Shown here: piece after piece, positions 44,725 through 53,131 of the stretch
How the letters are laid out: every line of letters begins with the position of its first letter
Position numbering within the stretch: the first letter of the stretch is position 1
Assembly: GCA_963796275.1 (NCBI GenBank)
Contig: CAWCKY010000004.1
Coordinates: 448,001-512,000, forward strand
Length of the DNA: 64,000 nt
Source: an uncultured Acidobacteriota bacterium
GTDB lineage: Bacteria > Acidobacteriota > Blastocatellia > RBC074
Reading direction: 5' to 3'
Position numbers and translations under genes: made by a program
The notes under the pieces: model-generated
Seen by the model: only the letters and a program-made list of their open reading frames with translations
Told to the model about the DNA's origin: nothing
Database searches by the model: none

Positions 44725-46152
44725 ATGACAAACTCCACAATATCACGACGTCGCTTGATGAAGCTGGGTTTCGGCGCTGCTACAGCGGCCGGCCTCATAT
44801 CTGCGCCTGGAACTGGCGCTGAGATGGCGGAATCCGATTCATCGCCTTTCGCCAGAAATGGTAGCGACGGCGAGCATTTCACCGCTGCATCCCAACGCGC
44901 CTATTCGTTTCTGGGGGCGATGATGGATGCCTATGCGCAAGGATCGACCTTGCGCCTCGTACAGAGCTACACAGACCAGCAGGGATTATCAAGCACTGCT
45001 TTCACATACGACAATGCACAGGTCATCAATGCGTATCTTATGCGCAGACGCTGGGATGATATAGCCAGGGCGCGGGTGATCGGCGACGCCCTGTTGTACG
45101 CTCAGCGAAATGACCCTGACTTCAATGACGGGCGGCTGCGCCAGGCATATTTCGTAGACCAGCCTGACGCGAATGGCGTCTTCCTCAGGCTGGCCCTTGC
45201 GCCATTTTTCTTCGTCGGGAGCGCAGTCGGCGACATGTCCTGGGCCGGGATGGCACTGGCGCAGCTCTCTGCCCGGACTGGAGACCGCAAATATCTCGAT
45301 GGAGCGGTCAGCCTCGGCAACTGGATATTCAACGTAACATTTGACCAACGCGGCCCGGGCGGCTACAACTTCGGCGTGGACGGTGGGAATAATCTGTTGC
45401 TATTCAAGTCAACCGAACACAACATCGATGTCTACGCTCTTTTCGGTATGCTCGCTCGACTGACCGGCGACGACCTCTGGTCAGAACGGGCAGAACATGC
45501 CCGTAATTTCCTCAATTCAATGTGGAATGCTGAGGCGAGGTTTTTCTGGACCGGAACTGGAGCGGATGGCGCAACCATCAATCGGGATAACATCCCCGCG
45601 GACACTCAGACATGGTCATATATGGCGTTACTGGATGACCAATTCGCAGATTCGATCGATTGGGCAAAGACGAACCTGGCCACCACCGATACGCCGCAGA
45701 CGATCAACAGCCGACTGACGGGAAACATTCGCATTCAGGGCTCAAGTTATGCCAGCTTAAGTATGCGAGCGCTCGCGCCGTCTTCGGAATTCGATGAGCC
45801 GCCTGACCCGAACGCTGTTTGGCTCGAAGGAAGCGCTCACCTGGCCGCTTCGTTGTCAGCTCGCCGACAATCTTCCAGGCACGACATCGACGGGTTCGAC
45901 GGAGACCGGGAGACAGCGCGATTTCTGCTCGATAACATCGCTCTGGCACAGGAGAAATTGGGACAAGGCCAGACGGTCGGCGGGAGAGCGCTGCCGGACG
46001 CACAAGGCGTAGTTGCATCCACCAGCGTCGTCAATACAGGATTCGGCTTCTCCTTTTACCCGAATCGACATGTGGGAGCTACTTCCTGGTACCTGATCGC
46101 CGATCAATCAGGCAATCCATTCCAACTCGGTTTTCGTAAAAACCGAGATTAG
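44725..46152 (+). CDS. Tat-exported protein, probably (alpha/alpha)6 glycosidase-like
   Basis: SRRRLMK twin-arginine signal; AFTYDNA, KSTEHNIDVY, VWLEGSAH motifs; GAGG RBS. Confidence 0.7.
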   Translation: MTNSTISRRRLMKLGFGAATAAGLISAPGTGAEMAESDSSPFARNGSDGEHFTAASQRAYSFLGAMMDAYAQGSTLRLVQSYTDQQGLSSTAFTYDNAQVINAYLMRRRWDDIARARVIGDALLYAQRNDPDFNDGRLRQAYFVDQPDANGVFLRLALAPFFFVGSAVGDMSWAGMALAQLSARTGDRKYLDGAVSLGNWIFNVTFDQRGPGGYNFGVDGGNNLLLFKSTEHNIDVYALFGMLARLTGDDLWSERAEHARNFLNSMWNAEARFFWTGTGADGATINRDNIPADTQTWSYMALLDDQFADSIDWAKTNLATTDTPQTINSRLTGNIRIQGSSYASLSMRALAPSSEFDEPPDPNAVWLEGSAHLAASLSARRQSSRHDIDGFDGDRETARFLLDNIALAQEKLGQGQTVGGRALPDAQGVVASTSVVNTGFGFSFYPNRHVGATSWYLIADQSGNPFQLGFRKNRD

Positions 46153-46333
46153 CAGCGGGATGGAGTGCTAAAATCTCCGAGGTCTGATGGCCTTTGAATA
46201 ATAATGCGACCGCGCGGGGCAGACCTGTGTGTTATTTGTGTGTCTGCCCCATATGCGGTACCGCATTGATGCATTTATTTTTTTCAAAAACCAGCAGACC
46301 TACAAACCCTAGTTTTCAGTTGGGTTTTCTGCA

Positions 46334-49300
46334 ATGCCTAAACATAATCTCCCAATCATTACCCTCATCCAATCGTTTGAGAACGAGACCTATCTAGCCG
46401 AAGCCCTCTTCTTCCCGGAAGCGCTCCGTTTTCACGATCAAGTCGCCAAGGCGAAGGAAAGCCTGCTCGCAAATTTGCGTCAGCTGGTCGAAGAGATGGC
46501 GCATTCGTCCATTTACCAGCGCCACTACTCCGGCGAGCCCGAGGCCGGCGTAGTCGAAATAACCATCGATCCGCCGCAAAAATCTCTCGCCTGGCGCAAG
46601 CCGATTACTCTCAGGATTCCGATCGTGCGGTGGAGTCACGGCGATGTCGCGCAGATAGCATATGTCCCTACGCTCGGCATCGAAGTCGTGGCGACAAGCC
46701 CGCCTTCCAGGGCGGCGCTCAATAAACTCGTCACACAGCATATCCGCCTGGCGCTGGGAAGAACTGATCGGCTTAATTCGCTCGGTAAACTCATCAGGTT
46801 GGAACGCCCGTGCGAATTGCGGATCGAGCATCTCTCGATCGAGGTTCCGCTGCAAACTCCCAAACGGATAGCAGCGCGCGATCAGGAGAGAGACGAGACC
46901 AGGCAATCGGTGCTCGCTGAAGCGGCGACTGATCTGACCAAAGAAAATCTTGCGCCGGCTTACGAAGTGGGCGAAGCAGTCACGCAACTAGCCGAAAGTT
47001 TGACCGGCCGCTTCCCGCGCAGCGTTCTGCTCGTCGGCCGTTCGGGCGCAGGCAAGACCGCCATCGTTTATGAGCTCGTGAGGCGTCGCTCCGACTTGCA
47101 GCTCGGCCAGACGCCGTTCTGGACGACGAACGGATCGCGGCTGGTCGCCGGGATGTCGGGCTTCGGCCAGTGGCAGGAGCGATGCCAGAAGATCTGGCGC
47201 GAGGCCGCGCAGACGCACGCCGTCATATATCTCGGCAACCTGATAGAGTTGATGGAAGTCGGCAAGAGCATCGGTAACAGCCAGGGGATTGCCAGTTTTT
47301 TACGCCCGTATATCGAGCGCGGCGATGTATTGTCGATAGCCGAATGCACGCCTGAGCAGCTGACGCTCATCGAGCGCACTGAACCCCGTTTGCTCGAAGC
47401 CTTCCACCAGTTCAGGATTGAAGAGCCTTCCGCGGAACGCAGTAGAAATATCCTGCTCAACGTCGCTCTCGCGCAGTGCAGCGAGGCGGGAGCCGAAGCC
47501 GGCATCGAGCTCGAAGGCATCGAACGCATTGATCAACTGCACAGACGATATGCCACTTATTCCGCCTATCCCGGGAGACCGCTTCGTTTTCTCAAGAATC
47601 TGCTGCAGGATCATCTGAAAACCAACAGAAACCCGATGACTGCCGAAGATGTGACCGCGGCCTTCTCGCGCGAAACGGGGCTGCCGCGCGTGCTGCTGGA
47701 CGAGACGGAGAAGCTCGATCTCGAAGAGACGCGCGCCTGGTTCACCTCGCACGTAATCGGACAGCCCGATGCGGTCGATCTGATCGTCGACCTGCTTGCG
47801 ATGGTCAAGGCGGGGCTCACGCGCCCGCGCAAACCCATCGCGTCGCTCCTCTTCATCGGGCCGACCGGTGTGGGTAAAACCGAAATGGCCAAATCGCTCG
47901 CCGAGTTTCTTTTTCAGGACCGGCAACGGCTTGTGCGTTTCGATATGAGCGAATATGCGGATCCGATCGCCGTCAACCGGCTTATCGGGGGCACGTTCGG
48001 CTCCGAAGGGCTATTGACGGCCAGGGTGCGCGAACAACCATTCGCCGTCGTCCTCCTCGACGAATTCGAGAAGGCGCATCCGCTCTTCTTCGATCTTCTG
48101 CTGCAGGTGTTGGGCGAGGGCCGGCTGACCGATGCGATCGGGCGCGTCGCCGATTTTTCGAATGCCGTCGTGATCATGACATCGAACTTGGGTTCGGAAG
48201 CATTCCAGCGCGGTTTGATCGGCTTTGGCGATGCAGCAGCAATGCGGCGCGCTGCGAACAACCATTTCATCAACGCCGTGCGGCAGGCTTTGCGCCCGGA
48301 GATGTTCAATCGCATCGACCGTATAGTTCCCTTCGCCCCGCTCGAGGAAGAAACGGTCTTTCGCATCGCGGAGCGCGAGATCGAACGCATCGGGAAACGC
48401 GACGGGATATATTACCGCGGCGCCACCCTTAATTTACGGGCGGGCGTGATTGAGCATCTGGCGCGCCGCGGATACGATGCGCGTTATGGAGCCCGGCCGT
48501 TGAAGCGCGCGATCGAACGTGAGCTCCTCGTACCGCTCTCCGAAGAGTTGAACAACCAGCAGCAGGATGGCGCATTGATCCTCGATATATCGATCGAAAA
48601 AGATAGTCTGAAAATCAATATCCTGCCGGCGCTTGAAAACATCGGTAAACATCCATCCGCGAACACGGCGGGAGGCTCGCTGGCGGCGCTGGCGAGCCAG
48701 TACGGTGAGACGCGGCGAGAGGTGCAGAGACTGGAATCCAGCCCGTCTGCGCTCAACCTGCGTAACGAGATATTCACGCTAGAGCGATTGGTGAAGCGAT
48801 TGGAAAGGGCAAAATGGAAAAGCCCGGCGGACCTGGCGCGCATCGTCGAGCTGCCCCGGCTCAATAGTGCCCTGAAGGCAATCAATGAATTCGCCAGGCG
48901 GATGACAGCGCTCGAACATCAAGCCTTACTCGCAGTCTACGGGAAGGTCGATGCGAATGCGGAACTCCTCAAAGCGCGACTCGATGCGGCGGACGGCGAG
49001 TGGATCGAACTGCTCATCTCGACCTACTCACTCAGGTTTAAAGATCCGGATAGGATAACGCTCGCCGTTTACAGTGAAGATGTTTCCGCATTGTTCATGC
49101 TGGCAGGAGGATATTATCAATTGGCGAGGAAATACGGCGCTGAAATCGCGGCATATCAGTTCTGCGCGAAGCGGGACGAGCGGCCGAAATCCCGGGCGGC
49201 CGGGGTTTCTCAAATCGATGGCAGGAAGATCGAAAATTTCGAGCTTTTCCTCTCCACGCCTCGCGATGTTGTAATCGGCATCGCGCTGGGCCTCGAATTT

Positions 49301-49612
49301 CCGCTGGCCTATCCCAGCCTCGAAGCCGAACGTGGGCTTCACCAATTCATGCGTGCGAAAAAGGCGACCAAGTGCCTGGTGGAGGTCGGTGAAAAAGAGG
49401 TCTCTGCTTACCAGCCGCCCGCTGGCATTGAACGCCATGGCGCGATCGGACATCAGGAAAAGCGCCGCAGTTATAACATCGATCAATCGTTCATCGAAGA
49501 CGCCTTCTTGCGGCGGAAAACCCCGTGGCCGGGCCGCGCTCTCGATGATGCCATGGGCGAGTTGATAGAAGAATGTCTCCTGATGAAGGCGAGAATGTTG
49601 ATTGACGAGTAG
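46334..49612 (+). CDS. Divergent ClpA/B-type double AAA+ ATPase #1 with HicB-like N-terminus and release-factor-like C-terminus
   Basis: GRSGAGKT, GPTGVGKT, RFDMSEY, LLDEFEK, IMTSNLG, RPEMFNRID, YGARPLKRAI. Confidence 0.9.
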   Translation: MPKHNLPIITLIQSFENETYLAEALFFPEALRFHDQVAKAKESLLANLRQLVEEMAHSSIYQRHYSGEPEAGVVEITIDPPQKSLAWRKPITLRIPIVRWSHGDVAQIAYVPTLGIEVVATSPPSRAALNKLVTQHIRLALGRTDRLNSLGKLIRLERPCELRIEHLSIEVPLQTPKRIAARDQERDETRQSVLAEAATDLTKENLAPAYEVGEAVTQLAESLTGRFPRSVLLVGRSGAGKTAIVYELVRRRSDLQLGQTPFWTTNGSRLVAGMSGFGQWQERCQKIWREAAQTHAVIYLGNLIELMEVGKSIGNSQGIASFLRPYIERGDVLSIAECTPEQLTLIERTEPRLLEAFHQFRIEEPSAERSRNILLNVALAQCSEAGAEAGIELEGIERIDQLHRRYATYSAYPGRPLRFLKNLLQDHLKTNRNPMTAEDVTAAFSRETGLPRVLLDETEKLDLEETRAWFTSHVIGQPDAVDLIVDLLAMVKAGLTRPRKPIASLLFIGPTGVGKTEMAKSLAEFLFQDRQRLVRFDMSEYADPIAVNRLIGGTFGSEGLLTARVREQPFAVVLLDEFEKAHPLFFDLLLQVLGEGRLTDAIGRVADFSNAVVIMTSNLGSEAFQRGLIGFGDAAAMRRAANNHFINAVRQALRPEMFNRIDRIVPFAPLEEETVFRIAEREIERIGKRDGIYYRGATLNLRAGVIEHLARRGYDARYGARPLKRAIERELLVPLSEELNNQQQDGALILDISIEKDSLKINILPALENIGKHPSANTAGGSLAALASQYGETRREVQRLESSPSALNLRNEIFTLERLVKRLERAKWKSPADLARIVELPRLNSALKAINEFARRMTALEHQALLAVYGKVDANAELLKARLDAADGEWIELLISTYSLRFKDPDRITLAVYSEDVSALFMLAGGYYQLARKYGAEIAAYQFCAKRDERPKSRAAGVSQIDGRKIENFELFLSTPRDVVIGIALGLEFPLAYPSLEAERGLHQFMRAKKATKCLVEVGEKEVSAYQPPAGIERHGAIGHQEKRRSYNIDQSFIEDAFLRRKTPWPGRALDDAMGELIEECLLMKARMLIDE

Positions 49613-49680
49613 TATTGGAACAGGAAATACTGCTCGGGCATTCCGGCCGCGCATTTTTATGCTAGTGACGTACTAAAGAT

Positions 49681-52600
49681 ATGAACCTCACCATTCCAAT
49701 CTACATCGAGCAATTGCCGCAAGAGGGGCAGTCGACGCCGGTCTATGCCGTGCGCCCGCTCTTCTTTCCCGATCCGATCGGCCTCGATGTTGAGCTGCAG
49801 CGAGCGCTGGCGAAGTTTGCCAAGGCGATGAGGCGTGATCTCGATAGCAGAGGGCGTGCGATGCGCCACGATTCTCTCGCAGAATACTGCTTCGCGCCTG
49901 AAGTCGATGAGGAATTGATCACACTCGCGCTAGATCCTGAAAACGCGCACGGCTCGCTGTTCGTTCCTCTTCGTCACGATCAACGGCTTCGATCGCCGCA
50001 TTGCATTCACCCCGAACCTGCCTCATCTCTGGTTCGAACTCGAGCGGGGTGAAGACCTGCATATGCGGGCAACGGAAGTTCTGACCAGCTACTTCCGCGG
50101 GAAAGAGAAAAGCGGCGGCGCAACGCTAGCGAAACCCGAGGAAATCTCGGTTCAGCACAAGGCGTGGGCGAGCACCATCGAGATCGAAATTCACCCGCCG
50201 CCGCTCGCCAAAACACCTCGCGAAAATTTCCGCGCGATGCTGAGCGGCGGTGAGCTGATGGATGGCGAGTGGGAATTGCAGCAGATCGGCCGCTGCCTTG
50301 ACTGGCTCTATCCCAATGAACTCAAGCGCGTCGTCGCGCGCGATAAAGAAGTCGAAGAACTGACGAATCTGCTGAAATCCACCGATCGTCGCCCCGTCAT
50401 CTTACTCGGCGCTCGGATGGTCGGAAAGACAGCAGTAATCGAGGAGTGCGTTTATCGAAAAGTCGAAAGACAAAAATCGAAATTCCGATCTCGCAACAAC
50501 GTCTGGCTGATCGCGCCGCAGCGGCTGATCTCGGGTATGTCCTACGTCGGACAATGGGAGAACCGCTTGCTCGCGATCATCGATGAAGCTAAAAAGCGGA
50601 ACCACATCCTCTACTTCGACGACCTGCTCGGTTTATTCAAAGCCGGCATCAGCCGCGATGCCAACCTTAACGCCGCCCAGGTGTTGAAACCATATCTGGA
50701 GCGCCGCGAAGTGCGCGTCGTGGCCGAGATCACGCCCGAGGCATGGCGGGTGCTGCGCGAACAGGATCGCGGATTCGCCGATCTTTTTCATATTTTTCCC
50801 GTCAATGAGCCTGATGAAAATGCCGCGCTCGAAATGCTGCTTGGCCTGATGCGCCAATTGGAGCATCAGCATCATTGCCGGTTCAATCTCGACAGCTTGC
50901 CGGCGGCGCTCGATCTGCAGCGGCGATATGTGCGCGATGCGGCCTTCCCCGGCAAAGCCGCCGTGTTCCTCCGGCAGCTTGCAGTCAAGTATCGCGGAGA
51001 GATGATTGGCCGCGAATCGGTGCTGGCGGAGTTCAGGGCGAAGAGCGGATTGGCGCCCTGGTTCATCGGCGACCACGCCTTTAGCCGCTCCACCGTAATC
51101 GAATTTCTGGGAAGAGAGGTCATCGGACAAACGGCCGCTCTCGCAGCGGTAACCGATGCCGTTTGTGTGGCGAAAGCCCGTCTTAACGATCCCGATCGCC
51201 CGCTCGCTTCTTTCCTATTCCTCGGTCCGACCGGTGTAGGTAAAACGCAATGCGCCAAATCGCTCGCGCGCTTCCTTTTCGGTGATGCGGAAAGACTGAT
51301 CCGCTTCGATATGAACGAATTCATCTCTCCCGGTTCGGTGGCACGTCTGGCCGGCACTTTCGATCAGCCCGAAGGTCTTTTGACGAATGCCGTGCGCAGA
51401 CAACCGTTCTCTGTCGTGTTGCTCGATGAGATTGAAAAAGCGCATCGCGATGTATTCAACCTGCTGCTTCAGGTCATGGGTGATGGGAGATTGACCGACG
51501 CGCTGGGACGGACGGCGGACTTCACGAATGTCATTTTGATCATGACCTCGAACCTAGGCGTCAAGGAAGCGGGAAGCGAACTGGGCTTCTGGTCACAGCA
51601 AACGAATGAAGGAAGCATATACAGGCAGGCCGCCGAGCGTTTTTTCAGCCCGGAGTTCTTCAACCGCGTTGACCGCATCGTGCCGTTCCAACGGTTGGAC
51701 CGCGAAGCCGTCCAGCAGATCGCGGGTCAGCTGATCTCACAACTCTTCCAGCGCGAGGGCCTGGCGCGGCGCAGATGCGTGTTGAACGCCGATGAACGCG
51801 CGCTCGCGCAGATCATCGATAAAGGCTTCCACCCCCAGCTGGGCGCGCGCGCCTTGAAACGGGCGATCGAGAGTGAACTGGCGCAGCCGGTTGCGAAATA
51901 TCTCGCGTCTTCTCAACAGCCCTCTCCCACAGTCATCAATGTCCTGCCGTCGCCGGGCGCGCTGCGGGTCGAGATTCAGGAATTGGTGGAGGCAACATCT
52001 CCGGAGAACTCGGTCGCGCAGCTCCTGCAGGATCCGCGAGCGGCGTTGGCGCGCATCGAGGATTTCATCGATCGGACCGAGGCCGAGATAGCTCGCCTGC
52101 AGCCTGAAGGGGCGATTTCGATCGATGCCGTGCAACCGCAGCATCGCCGATATTTCGCGATGCGCGAGCAGATCGGCAATTTGAGGCGCTACTGCGACCG
52201 GATGCGCGGCCGGATCGAAGCATCATCTAGAGCTCGATTGCGATTGACCAGAAATTACGTACGCGCTTCCCGCCGCCCGCAGGTTTTCGGGCATCTCGAA
52301 AATCACGTTCGGCAGGTATGGAAATCATTGTTCGCCGCTGAAGACATGTACGCTTATCTGACCGACCTTGCAGCAATAAGCGGGGGGGCCGGGGGCGGCG
52401 ATGATGCGATCGAAAATCAACTGGCGGATATCATTTGCGAAGCGGCGCTTTTATCGATGCTCGCCGGCGGTGACGATGAGAGAGGCAATTGCCACGCGCT
52501 GGTGATGATCCGTTTCCTGGAAAGAAGTCTATTGAGTAGATGGACGCAATTGAGTTCGACATATTTCGAACTTTTCAGCAATCAGTTCGGAATGGATGTT

Positions 52601-53005
52601 AAATACCTGGAGCACGACAAATTTCATCCGGATGTATGGTTGCTGGTGCAGGGTTGGCAGGCCGTGAGGCTGGCCGAGATCGAGGCAGGGACACAACTCT
52701 TCATCCTGACAGAGGAGGTGATTGAGCCCATGCAAATCAAAGTCTTGCCGCTCGAACCTGATGCCGATCCTCGCTCGCAGATTGCCGATTACCGCAGGCG
52801 CCACGGTCTGCAACTGCCGTCGGATGCAGCGGGGGAGAACGGGTTCTTGCAATTCGATCCGGTGATCCGGATACATCACAGTCAGAGCTCAGGCGCGATC
52901 GTCGATCTTCGTTCGGGATTGACTACAACGAATATTCTCTCGCCGGAGAACCTGCGCAAACTGTTGTTGTCAGCGCTGCCGTTGCCGCCCGAGTTGAGTG
53001 AATAA
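49681..53005 (+). CDS. Divergent ClpA/B-type double AAA+ ATPase #2, split by a 1-nt insertion near 49936 (ORFs 49681-50052 and 50063-53005)
   Basis: Removing one C from GATCCTG gives one ~1107-aa frame (...ALDLKTRTARCSFLFV...); GARMVGKT, GPTGVGKT, LLDEIEK, PEFFNRVD, LGARALKRAI. Confidence 0.85.
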
Positions 53006-53131
53006 ACAAGCGATCAGGGGAAACAAAAAAGTAAAACCGATAAAAATGACCAAAACATATTTTGCCTATTTTGCCTTTCGTCTCTTTTTGATTCCCGTTA
53101 AACTCGACATTTCTTTATCAGCAAAAAACAC

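Noticed and set aside
49900-49945. prfB-style programmed +1 frameshift
   Set aside because: No in-frame CTT-TGA stop at the shift site and no SD-like sequence at the required spacing
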